From Akkermansiaceae bacterium (lineage in GTDB: Bacteria; Verrucomicrobiota; Verrucomicrobiia; Verrucomicrobiales; Akkermansiaceae): a stretch of DNA of 64,000 nt. The translations under genes were made by a program, and so were the position numbers. Positions within the stretch are counted from its first letter, which is position 1. The number at the start of each line of letters is the position of its first letter. Below the pieces are notes generated by a model. The model worked only from the letters and a program-made list of their open reading frames with translations. It had not been told where the DNA came from and did not search any database. The stretch is taken from contig CANHPN010000008.1 in assembly GCA_947462535.1 (NCBI GenBank), positions 4,514 through 68,513 of the forward strand, given 5' to 3'. Shown here piece after piece: positions 56,064 through 64,000 of this stretch.

Positions 56064-56537
56064 ATGAAGCGCGTGATCATTCATACCGACGGTGGCTGCA
56101 AGGGAAACCCGGGACCGGGCGGATACGGGTCGGTGATGGTTTGCGGAAAGCACCGGATGGAGCTTTCCGCCGGCTACCGGCTGACGACGAACAACCGGAT
56201 GGAGCTGCGGGCGGCGATCGCGGCGCTGGAGTCGCTCAACGAGCCTTGCGAGGTGGAATTGCACTCGGACTCGAAATACCTGATCGACGCGATTTCCAAG
56301 AAATGGATCGAGGGCTGGAAAAAACGCGGCTGGCAGACGGCGGACAAGAAACCGGTGAAAAACCAGGACCTCTGGCTGCTGCTGCTGGCGGCGATCGGTT
56401 CGCACAAGATCGACTGGCGCTGGGTGAAAGGCCACGCCGGACACGCGGAAAACGAGCGCTGCGACGAACTGGCGAACATCGCCGTGGCGGGCAGGAATCT
56501 GATGGAGGACGCGGGCTTCGAGGCTGCGCGGAGTTGA
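56064..56537 (+). CDS. rnhA: Ribonuclease HI
   Basis: [47 protein letters not shown]. Confidence 0.96.
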   Translation: MKRVIIHTDGGCKGNPGPGGYGSVMVCGKHRMELSAGYRLTTNNRMELRAAIAALESLNEPCEVELHSDSKYLIDAISKKWIEGWKKRGWQTADKKPVKNQDLWLLLLAAIGSHKIDWRWVKGHAGHAENERCDELANIAVAGRNLMEDAGFEAARS

Positions 56538-56595
56538 TCCGGATTTCCATGAATGTTCACTTTGCTCCGTTTGGAAATTCGGCTAAGGGTGATTC

Positions 56596-57552
56596 ATGAA
56601 TTTGAAAACGCTCGGCCTGTTGCTGGCATTCACCGCATTCCCCCAGCACGGGGCGTTCGCTCAAAAGCCGGTCCCGCCGCCGTCCGGTCCACGGCTGCCG
56701 CTCGCGACGGTTTTTCAGGGTGAGTCGAAGTTCCATGCGATCGTCGCCAAGGCGGAGCGCGAGAACTGGCGGAATCTGCCGCTTGGCGAGCGGACCATCC
56801 GCGTGGCTCGAGAACTGGTAGGCACGCCCTACGTGAATTACACGCTGGAAGTCGATGACCGGACCGAGTCGCCGGTGGCAAATCTCAAGGCCATGGACTG
56901 CTGGACGTATTATGAAAACTCGCTGGCTCTGGCCCGCATGCTTCGCTACAAGCCCGCGCCTTACAAGCCGCAGGACCTGCTGCACATGGTGGAAATCGAG
57001 CGCTACCGTGGCGGCGTCTGCACCGGGAACTACCTGAGCCGGATGCACCATCTCGAGGAGGTTTTCCACGACAACCAGCGCCGCGGCTATGCGACTAACA
57101 TCACCTCGCGGATTCCCGGAGCCGAGAGAATCCGCCGCGAGATCAAGGAAATGACCGTGCAGTGGAAGGCATACCGCTACCTGCGGTCCAATCCGTCGCT
57201 GATCGAACCGATGGGGAAGATCGAGGCGCAAGTCTCGGACCTGCCGGTCTATCACGTCCCCAAATCCAAGGTGCGCGGCGCGGAGAAATACCTCCAGAAC
57301 GGCGACGTCTGCGCGATCACCACACATGGCCCCGGCGGCTACACCTCGCACGTCGGGCTGATCATCAGGCTGCGGGACCGGGCCTATTTCGCCCACGCGA
57401 CTTCTGACACTGACAAGGGGCGGATGACGGTGATCGACCGGCCGATCGCCGATTACGTCAACGGTGCCTCCAAGCACGCCGGCATCGTCATTTGCCGCCC
57501 TAACGACGTGCCGCAGTCTTCATTGTGGCAGAGCAACGTGGCGCGCCAGTAG
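56596..57552 (+). CDS. DUF1460 (AmiA-like, NlpC/P60-related) peptidoglycan amidase with signal peptide
   Basis: VGTPYV..TLE, MDCWTYYE, SRMHHL, SHVG, HATS. Confidence 0.8.
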   Translation: MNLKTLGLLLAFTAFPQHGAFAQKPVPPPSGPRLPLATVFQGESKFHAIVAKAERENWRNLPLGERTIRVARELVGTPYVNYTLEVDDRTESPVANLKAMDCWTYYENSLALARMLRYKPAPYKPQDLLHMVEIERYRGGVCTGNYLSRMHHLEEVFHDNQRRGYATNITSRIPGAERIRREIKEMTVQWKAYRYLRSNPSLIEPMGKIEAQVSDLPVYHVPKSKVRGAEKYLQNGDVCAITTHGPGGYTSHVGLIIRLRDRAYFAHATSDTDKGRMTVIDRPIADYVNGASKHAGIVICRPNDVPQSSLWQSNVARQ

Positions 57553-57566
57553 GCCGCGCCGCCGGG

Positions 57567-59147
57567 TCAGGCTTTGGCCGGATTTTCGACCAGACTCTCG
57601 GCGATCGACTTGATGAACTCGCCGGACTCCTTCTCGACTAACGGCCGCGCGAGCATCTCCTCGTAAATGTTGATGTAGCGGCGGGCCACCTCCTTGTGGC
57701 TGAATTCCTGCTCGCTCTCGATCATCACCCGGCGGATCTCCCGGTCGCGGATTTCCTGCGGCAACGCGTAAAACTCCATGGCCCGGTCGATGGCCCAGCG
57801 GAACGCTCCCGCGTTGTAGTGGTCGAAGCGGAAACCGTTGCCGGTCGAATCCTCGACATCCAGCGGCCTAACGGTGTCGTAAAGCCCGCCGGTCGAGTGC
57901 ACCACCGGCAGCGATCCATAAAGCGGCGATGTCATCTGCGGCAGTCCGCATGGCTCGAACAAGGAAGGCATCAGCATGAAATCCGACGCCGCGTAGGCGA
58001 GACGGGAAAGCCGCTCCTCGAAATCGACGATCGCCACCCGCTCGCGCAGGTCGAACGCGCTGACGATCTTGTCGATCCAGTGTTGGTGCGGACCGTTGGC
58101 GACGATGACCACCTGCAAGTCCCGATCCCAGTAATCCGAGATCAGGCTGTGCAGGATTTCCGTGAGAAGCTGGGGGCCTTTCTGCACCGGGTCGAGGCGG
58201 GAGGGCCAGAAGAAGATCGGCGCGTTGACGTCCTCCTTGAGCTGGAGCTCGCGTTGCAGCGCGAGCTTGTTAGCCGCCTTGCCTTCGGCGAAATCCGCGA
58301 CGCCGAAATTGCGGGCCAGAGCGTCATCCGTGAGTGGATTGTAGGAAACATCCGGCGCGTTGAGAATCCCCGCGGAACATCCGGCCGCATACTTGGCGCG
58401 CAGCTCGGCGCGCACCGAGTCAGGCACCACCGAGTGCCAGCCCTCGACGATTTCCCAGAGGAAGCGCGGGCTCACCGTGTTGATGAAGTGGGCGGCAAAA
58501 ATCCCGGACGTTAGGAGATCGACCGGCACGTGCGAGCGGGCGTGGTCGTAGTTGGCGGGAGGTCCGGTGAAATACAAATTCATCCAGAACTCGGCGGCGT
58601 CGATGCCCGCCTCCTCGACGCGCGCGAGCGACACTTGCCGGGTGTGGATGTTGTGCACGGTGAACAGGCACTTGATGCCGCGGCGGCGGGCCATCGCCGG
58701 GATCAGCGCGGTCATCCAGTCGTTGCAATGAATCAAATCCGGCATCACGCGCGGCACGATGTGGTTGATCAACTCGCGCTGGAACACCAAGGCGATCCGC
58801 ATCGATTCGTCGGAGTGATTGCTGTAAACCTCGTCGCGATAATAAAAAATCCGGTCCTCCGCCAAGTGGATGTGCGCTTCCGGCAGGACTTCATGATATT
58901 TCCGCAACTCTCTCTCGTGGAGGCTGAAAATGTCGCCGTGAAACATCCGCCGGTAGTTCGGCATCGCCACATGGACGTCCGCTCCCAGCTCGAACAGCGC
59001 GGAAACGAGCGATGCGGAAACATCCGCCAGGCCACCCGCTTTCGCCGACATCCGTTGCGCCATGTTCCCCATGCCCGAGGGCAAATAGGTGATCTCCGGC
59101 GTGACAATGAGGATTCGCGGCTTGGCAGGTTTGGACATGGCTGACAT
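57567..59147 (-). CDS. glgA: Glycogen/starch synthase (GT5)
   Basis: KAGGLADV, HCNDW.T, FTVHN, MPSLFEPCGL.Q, TGGLYDTV. Confidence 0.9.
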   Translation of the reverse strand: MSAMSKPAKPRILIVTPEITYLPSGMGNMAQRMSAKAGGLADVSASLVSALFELGADVHVAMPNYRRMFHGDIFSLHERELRKYHEVLPEAHIHLAEDRIFYYRDEVYSNHSDESMRIALVFQRELINHIVPRVMPDLIHCNDWMTALIPAMARRRGIKCLFTVHNIHTRQVSLARVEEAGIDAAEFWMNLYFTGPPANYDHARSHVPVDLLTSGIFAAHFINTVSPRFLWEIVEGWHSVVPDSVRAELRAKYAAGCSAGILNAPDVSYNPLTDDALARNFGVADFAEGKAANKLALQRELQLKEDVNAPIFFWPSRLDPVQKGPQLLTEILHSLISDYWDRDLQVVIVANGPHQHWIDKIVSAFDLRERVAIVDFEERLSRLAYAASDFMLMPSLFEPCGLPQMTSPLYGSLPVVHSTGGLYDTVRPLDVEDSTGNGFRFDHYNAGAFRWAIDRAMEFYALPQEIRDREIRRVMIESEQEFSHKEVARRYINIYEEMLARPLVEKESGEFIKSIAESLVENPAKA

Positions 59148-59216
59148 CGGGCGGGGAACTGAAGGCTGTGACTCTATCCGGTGCTATAGTGGCGGGATTT
59201 CCAAATGATCGCCAAC

Positions 59217-59894
59217 TCAATCTTTCCGAATTCCGGATTTATTTTCACGTTCCGGAAGCGTGGAAGCACGACTGGGACCGGCCTCGGACAAGTGCCGGAT
59301 GCAGAACTGCGACCACGTTTCCAAGCGCTCGAACAACGCCCCGTTGAGCTCGGCAAGCGGCGTGAAGCCCAGATCCGTGAGCGCGTCCTCACGCGAGTTC
59401 ACCGCGTCGGATTTCAAATCCACCACGTGGACGATGCCCAGGTGGACCTGCCCCACCGGATTGGATTCATCATTGAGCAAGGCGATGATCCGGTGCTCGT
59501 GCTCCTCGGGAAGATCGAGCTCCTCCTCGATTTCACGGGTCACCGCCGCGTGGTAGGCGTCCGATCCCGTGCGACCGCCACCGGTATCGACCGGGTTGAC
59601 GTGACCGCCCACGCCGACGGAGATTTTCGCGTGAAGCCGGCTTTCACCGCCGGATTTTCCTCGGGTGTAATGAAGGATGCGATCCCCGCAGCGGAAAATG
59701 CAGTAAGGAATCAGCTGCTTGTGGCTCGGGTCGTTTTCCGCCGCCGCCCGGTCCATGAAAAAATGGTTCGCGGGATCGAGCAAACGCGCGACGGCCGCAT
59801 CCAGCCCCGCCGTTTGGATTCCCTCAAACGCCCCGATTTCATCCAGCAACGCACGCGGCACCACCAGCACTTCCTCTCCTGAATACTTCGACAT
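59217..59894 (-). CDS. NUDIX-like phosphoesterase (COG4112-type)
   Basis: AENDPSHKQLIPY, GESRLH.K.SVGVGGH, REIEEEL, VGQVHLG. Confidence 0.82.
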   Translation of the reverse strand: MSKYSGEEVLVVPRALLDEIGAFEGIQTAGLDAAVARLLDPANHFFMDRAAAENDPSHKQLIPYCIFRCGDRILHYTRGKSGGESRLHAKISVGVGGHVNPVDTGGGRTGSDAYHAAVTREIEEELDLPEEHEHRIIALLNDESNPVGQVHLGIVHVVDLKSDAVNSREDALTDLGFTPLAELNGALFERLETWSQFCIRHLSEAGPSRASTLPERENKSGIRKD

Positions 59895-60093
59895 GCGCGG
59901 GAGAATAAATATCCACCCGCCTTCGCCAAGCCCTCATCCAGAAGATTGGAATGCGGAACCACACACTGCTGATCCCTCTCCGCCGCAGGCGCTGAAAGTC
60001 GCGACCGATGGAGAAACCCGGCAATCGCGAAAATTTCCAAAAATCGTCTTGCCCACCCGGAGGTCCGCGAATAAACCTCCGCCCCACCCGCAA

Positions 60094-60169
60094 GGGGCGT
60101 TAGCTCAGTTGGTAGAGCACTTGCATGGCATGCAAGGGGTCAGCGGTTCGAATCCGCTACGCTCCACCA
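60094..60169 (+). tRNA. tRNA-Ala(GGC)
   Basis: GGGGCGTTAGCTCAGTTGGTAGAGCA-CTTGC-ATGGCAT-GCAAG-GGGTCAGCGGTTCGAATCCGCTACGCTCCACCA. Confidence 0.96.
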
Positions 60170-60534
60170 TTCATTTTTTCAATGAGTTACGGGGATTTAA
60201 TAGGTGCACTACCCCCTAAAGTAGCTCCAAGCCCATCACTCGATCAATCTGCATTGAGGATTCCAGCCGCGGATCACACCTCCCGCACCACCGGGCTAAC
60301 GCCTCCGCAGGCCGCCGAGAAAGGCGGCTCGGAAGGAAGCGCCTGCTGGCTACCCGGCACCGCCACCGGAACTCCTCGATCTGCACCTGGCGACCCACCA
60401 CACCCGGGCGGCCCAGAAAGCAGGAGTGCCCATCTTTGGCTCAGTCACTGGCGCGCGGGATCTTTAGGGTTGCTATTGTCCCGGAAAGGAAACAAAACCT
60501 GCCCCGGAAATAGTAAGCGTTTCCGTAGCAACCG

Positions 60535-60732
60535 ATGAATACCCGCCGTTTTGTCAGTGGTTCGTCCGTCATCCTCGCGGGGTGGCTCGGAGCGACGTTT
60601 TTCAACGAAGTGCCCGCCCAAAGGTATCCCAAGCTGGATAGAAAACCGGTCGCCGCCGCAGTGGACAGCGCAGCCGGCCTGCTCGTCGCGGAGGTAAAAC
60701 CAGCGGCATCGCCCACTTCAGTTTCCCGCTAA
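60535..60732 (+). CDS. Small hypothetical protein
   Basis: 65-aa ORF just upstream of the CDGSH gene with a hydrophobic stretch; no motif. Confidence 0.35.
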   Translation: MNTRRFVSGSSVILAGWLGATFFNEVPAQRYPKLDRKPVAAAVDSAAGLLVAEVKPAASPTSVSR

Positions 60733-60744
60733 CTTTTCAAAATC

Positions 60745-60993
60745 ATGGCTGAACAACCCGTTATTTGTGACGTCAAGCCGCTGGCGCTCGAAGTGGAGGC
60801 CGGCACCCATTGGTGGTGTTCCTGCGGCCGCTCGAGCCACCCGCCGTTTTGCGACGGCTCGCACAAGGGCACCGGATTGCAGCCGGTGAAATACGAAGTC
60901 GCCGAGAAAAAAACCATCTGGTGGTGCCAGTGCAAGCACACCGCGAACCCGCCGCTATGCGACGGCTCGCACAAGAACCTACCGGGTCAATAG
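60745..60993 (+). CDS. CDGSH iron-sulfur domain protein (two CDGSH motifs)
   Basis: WCSCGRSSHPPFCDGSH and WCQCKHTANPPLCDGSH. Confidence 0.95.
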   Translation: MAEQPVICDVKPLALEVEAGTHWWCSCGRSSHPPFCDGSHKGTGLQPVKYEVAEKKTIWWCQCKHTANPPLCDGSHKNLPGQ

Positions 60994-61094
60994 GTCTTCA
61001 TCCACTGGACGACGTCCGCCACGTCTTGGGCGGTCGTGCCGAGTTGGTCCGCATTGAGCATGAGAGAACGGTCCAAGCCCTTGCGGCTGGCGAT
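60987..61094 (-). pseudogene. 36-codon orphan C-terminal fragment, possibly from a PVC-type heme-binding/cytochrome c protein
   Basis: IASRKGLDRSLMLNADQLGTTAQDVADVVQWMKTY*; no start, begins right after the toxin stop. Confidence 0.45.
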
Positions 61095-61464
61095 TTACAA
61101 CTGGGGAATCATGGATACCTGCAGCTGATCCAGTTCGACCAGTGTGCAACTCGCCAACGCCGCTTCAATGGCAGGCAGGTGGGTTTCAAACATCAACTTG
61201 GTTGCCTTCAATCCCAGATTCCCGGTGCGCACCAACACCAGCTTCCAGGGGCGGCCATTTAGGAGGTGGGAGTAATAGAAATCGGTGTCCTTCGTCACGA
61301 GCACCCGCATCTCGGTCATCGAGACTTCGTTCAGGATTCCATCGCGCGTGGCATTTTGATCCTGCAGGTCCAGCGTGTGGATCGCATCATGCCCTGCTGC
61401 CTGAAACACGCCACGGAGGCTGGGTGGGGCTGGGTGGCAAATGCGCGTCGATCAGAAACTTCAT
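61095..61464 (-). pseudogene. DUF5615 PIN-like toxin frameshifted by a 10-bp tandem duplication
   Basis: ATG 61464 gives MKFLIDAHLPPS; ggctgggtgg is duplicated at 61418-61427 and 61428-61437. Removing one copy restores MKFLIDAHLPPSLRGVFQAAGHDAIH...LVTKDTDF (119 aa). Confidence 0.88.
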
Positions 61465-61715
61465 GCGGCCACGACGTGCAGGCTTTTTAGTTTGAGGGAC
61501 TGTGCCGCAAATTGAATGCAGGCCAGCAGATTCTCCCGCTCCAAGTCGGGGAACTCCGCCAACACGTCCTCAACACTATCGCCCCCGGCAAGATACACGA
61601 GCATCAACTCCACGGGATAGCGTAACCTGCGGATCGTGGGCTTGCCATGGCACACGGAGGGATCGATCGTAATCCGGCTCAGAAGTGTCGCATGGTCTTT
61701 GGAGGTGGGAGGCAT
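61461..61715 (-). CDS. DUF433 antitoxin
   Basis: RITIDPSVCHGKPTIR.LRYPV...LAGG....VLAEFPDL. Confidence 0.92.
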   Translation of the reverse strand: MPPTSKDHATLLSRITIDPSVCHGKPTIRRLRYPVELMLVYLAGGDSVEDVLAEFPDLERENLLACIQFAAQSLKLKSLHVVAA

Positions 61716-61750
61716 GTGGGAAAGCTACCCGCCTGCCTTCGTGTCGTCAA
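61716..61750 (-). promoter_or_regulatory. Sigma70-like promoter for a probably leaderless DUF433 mRNA
   Basis: TTGACG (61750-61745), 17 bp, TAGCTT (61727-61722), 6 bp, ATG. Confidence 0.65.
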
Positions 61751-61752
61751 TA

Positions 61753-61800
61753 CCGCCGCTCTGCGACGGCTCGCACAAAAATCTGCCGAAGCCTGAGTAA
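61753..61800 (+). repeat. Second copy of the CDGSH gene 3' end (PPLCDGSHKNLPKPE*)
   Basis: 61753-61788 versus 60949-60984: 32 of 36 identical, all 4 changes synonymous. Confidence 0.85.
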
Positions 61801-62121
61801 GGGTTTTGAGCCCGGGACTCGGTGGCCGCGGTGAGGCGACCCGGGTTCACAGACGGAAGTCGTCCGGCAGTGACCGAAGCCGACAGCTGTTGGAGTGGGT
61901 TTGGGAGTGCGCGATTCTTCGGCGCGCCATGCGTTTGAGCGGGTTTGGAGCTTTCGAACCCGGCCCGGAATGGGTCGCCGGCATCCGCAGCTGTAGCGGC
62001 GGTCACGCCGTCTTCCTGCCGAAAAAAGTCAAATGGTTGATAATGAGCGGTCTGCGAGTTTTGAATCGCGGTCAGGGTCTTCTTGTGTTCCGGGCGGTCC
62101 AGCGACCTAAATAATCACGGC

Positions 62122-62194
62122 AATCTGATTGTTATCAGATACTTATCTGATTTTATCTAATTTTTATCAGATACTTATCTGATTTTTATCTGAT
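62122..62194. promoter_or_regulatory. AT-rich array of ATCAGATA/TATCTGAT sites upstream of the adhesin
   Basis: Two 18-bp sites ATCAGATA-CT-TATCTGAT with perfect 8-bp inverted arms at 62134-62151 and 62166-62183, plus half-sites at 62122, 62154, 62187. Confidence 0.75.
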
Positions 62195-62240
62195 TTTTTT
62201 CTTGCGGAGCAGTAACCGGTTAGTAAGGTGCCCCCCGCCT

Positions 62241-63743
62241 ATGAAAATCAAATCAAAATATCACCACTTCCTAATCATCGCAGCAGCTGCCTCGACCGCA
62301 GGTCAACTGCAAGCCCTCACCGTTGTGGGCGACACTGTAACCCCTAATGCTCCTGGTAGCACGACGGTTACCGTCGCTGGCAACGCCAACGTGCAAGGCA
62401 CGCTGAGTGTTCAACTTCCGAATGCTGCTCCGGTTTCCACTGGCACGGCACCGGCACCGACCAGCCCGATCGGTAATGCCCAGAACACTGGATTTACCGT
62501 TCCTCCTGCCTCGACTGGTCAGATCTTCGCTTATTCGACAAACGGATCGGGTCTGCAAACGCAAGTCGTGCAAACCAATGGCGGCGTCATCGCCCAGGCA
62601 AACGGGGACCTCACCCTGCAACAGCAAAAATCGCAGACAAATACTGCGACATACACCATTGAATCCCGCGATATCAAGGTGTCCGACCCAGCCGGCTTCA
62701 CCGACACTCTGGGCACATTCGGCCCAATTGGCGCGTTTTATGCGAATGGCACCTCGCTCCCGGGAACGGCAGTGATCGTGGCAACCGTCCGCGACGGGAG
62801 CGGCAATTTGCTTTCCGTGCTTTCCGACATCCCCGGAGTGGGTCCAGTGACAGCAACTGACGGATCGGGCTTCCCGATTCTCACACCGGCCCAGGTCACT
62901 GCGGCCGTGGCTGGAGGTGCCCCCGCCAGTTTTCTTGTGGCAGGACCCTCAATAACGACAGCTGGCACCGGTGATCTCGTGGTAGAGGGAAGCACCACCA
63001 CTAACGGCATCGACAACAACGGCCAGACAATCACCGAACTTGCAGCTGGTGTCGCTCCTACGGATGCAGCCAACGTGGGCCAAGTGACCGCCGGAGATGC
63101 AGCAGTCACCACGGCCTTCCAAGCTGCCGATGCAGTGCTGACGACCGGCCTCGCCACCGAGGTTGCAGATCGCATCGCCGACGTGAACGCAGAAGAAGCC
63201 CGCGCGCTCGCTGCAGAAGGTGTGCTGACGACCAACCTCGCCAGCGAGGTTACCAACCGCATCGCCGACGTGAACGCAGAAGAAGCCCGCGCGCTCGCCG
63301 CAGAAGGTGTGCTGACGACTAACCTCGCCAGCGAGGTTACCAACCGCACCAATGCTGACCTCAGCATTCGTAATGACTACACCGCAGCCGACACCCTGGA
63401 ACGGAATGCCCGCATCGCAGCGGACACCAGCATCCGCACTGACTTCGCTGCGGCTGACAACAGCATCCGCAGTGATTACCAAGCCGCCGACCGCGGACTG
63501 CGTAGCGATATCGATCAAAACACCCGCGGTATTGCCATGGTCGCCGCCATGACGAACACCACGGTTGCAGCCGGCAAGACCCATGGCGTGGACTTCAACG
63601 TCGCCCAGTTCCAAGACGAAACGGGCATGTCCTTCGGTTATGCCAACCGCATCAATGAGAACCTCCAAATCCATGCAGCAGCTGCCTCGACGACCGACTT
63701 CGACGAAGCTGTCGGCCGCATCGGTGTGAGCTATCAGTGGTAA
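62241..63743 (+). CDS. YadA-like trimeric autotransporter adhesin
   Basis: Signal peptide (..GQLQA), neck motif ITELAAGVAPTDAANVGQV, coiled-coil stalk repeats, anchor region RGIAMVAAM...GVSYQW. Confidence 0.85.
   Translation: MKIKSKYHHFLIIAAAASTAGQLQALTVVGDTVTPNAPGSTTVTVAGNANVQGTLSVQLPNAAPVSTGTAPAPTSPIGNAQNTGFTVPPASTGQIFAYSTNGSGLQTQVVQTNGGVIAQANGDLTLQQQKSQTNTATYTIESRDIKVSDPAGFTDTLGTFGPIGAFYANGTSLPGTAVIVATVRDGSGNLLSVLSDIPGVGPVTATDGSGFPILTPAQVTAAVAGGAPASFLVAGPSITTAGTGDLVVEGSTTTNGIDNNGQTITELAAGVAPTDAANVGQVTAGDAAVTTAFQAADAVLTTGLATEVADRIADVNAEEARALAAEGVLTTNLASEVTNRIADVNAEEARALAAEGVLTTNLASEVTNRTNADLSIRNDYTAADTLERNARIAADTSIRTDFAAADNSIRSDYQAADRGLRSDIDQNTRGIAMVAAMTNTTVAAGKTHGVDFNVAQFQDETGMSFGYANRINENLQIHAAAASTTDFDEAVGRIGVSYQW
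63135..63347 (+). repeat. 87-bp (29-aa) coding tandem repeat, about 2.4 copies
   Basis: gtgctgacgac starts at 63135, 63222, 63309. Confidence 0.9.
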
Positions 63744-63778
63744 GAAAAATCGCAGTAAGTAGTTGGTGAATTGCAATT

Positions 63779-63816
63779 GGGGCGCGGTGCTTTTTTAGCG
63801 CCGCGTCCCTCTTTTT
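63779..63816 (+). terminator. Rho-independent terminator
   Basis: ggggcgcggtgc-tttttta-gcgccgcgtccc followed by tcttttt. Confidence 0.7.
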
Positions 63817-63869
63817 AGCCAGTGATTCCCGGCTTAAAAACCATCAAAGATCTCACACCACCCTGTTGC

Positions 63870-64000
63870 ATGACCGCCCGTTTCTCCGGCAGCCCTCTCT
63901 TCCGACTCCTATGGATCGCTCTTCGGTGTTTTGCATTCACAATTTGGCTGGCTTCCTGCGCGACAAAGCCCGCGAAACCCGCAGAATCCAAGACTGGCTC
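63870..64000 (+). CDS. Lipoprotein, 5' part only
   Basis: MTARFSGSPLFRLLWIALRCFAFTIWLASC (lipobox LASC); runs off the window edge. Confidence 0.55.
   Translation, partial: MTARFSGSPLFRLLWIALRCFAFTIWLASCATKPAKPAESKTG

Noticed and set aside
2349-58514. Long antisense or alternate-frame ORFs (e.g. 2349-3767 +, 12182-13870 -, 19104-20804 -, 36586-38262 -, 43379-45169 -)
   Set aside because: Shadow ORFs of well-supported genes, typical of high-GC DNA, with no motifs
60206-60534. Short ORFs after tRNA-Ala as an integrase remnant
   Set aside because: No tyrosine or serine recombinase motifs found in the frames I read
48616-61727. Shared 12-mer gtgggaaagcta at 48616 and 61716
   Set aside because: 12-bp matches are expected by chance in 64 kb, and the contexts differ
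62030-62060. ttgataatgagcggtctgcg as the far end of the tRNA-Ala element
   Set aside because: Only loosely similar to the post-tRNA motif, with no tRNA 3' duplication

Overview
High-GC bacterial chromosome window. Gene content and style point to Verrucomicrobia (Luteolibacter-like); this is an inference, not a database result. Layout: (1) 1-2.3 kb is a decay zone with a truncated secreted-protein gene, an IspH-like remnant and a chimeric SDR/uxuA pseudogene. (2) 2.3-23 kb is mostly housekeeping (mpl, ABC exporter, rlmH, tsaB, bamA, galM, sodium:solute symporter, PatB-type lyase). (3) 23-31.5 kb is a complete Planctomycetes/Verrucomicrobia-type (PVM) bacterial microcompartment operon with a divergent DeoR regulator, 3 BMC-H, 3 BMC-P, PduL, an atypical acetate kinase, aldehyde dehydrogenase, class II aldolase and a terminal malate dehydrogenase. 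(4) ubiE, rpmI-rplT and a DnaJ-class gene follow. (5) 34.2-49.2 kb is a defence island with no integrase I could recognise, ending at the 3' end of tRNA-Val(CAC). It holds two PIN-type TA pairs, an SNF2 helicase-DUF4391-Mod-Res extended type III R-M cluster and an AAA-ATPase/RloB pair, with most modules bounded by REP-like hairpins or duplicated gene fragments. (6) dnaG, HU, psd, glnD, rnhA, DUF1460 amidase, glgA and a NUDIX gene follow. (7) After tRNA-Ala(GGC) is a small accessory patch: a CDGSH protein with a duplicated 3' end around a TA pair whose toxin is frameshifted by a 10-bp duplication, a phased palindromic operator array and a YadA-like trimeric autotransporter. All family calls come from motif recognition by eye; no searches were run.
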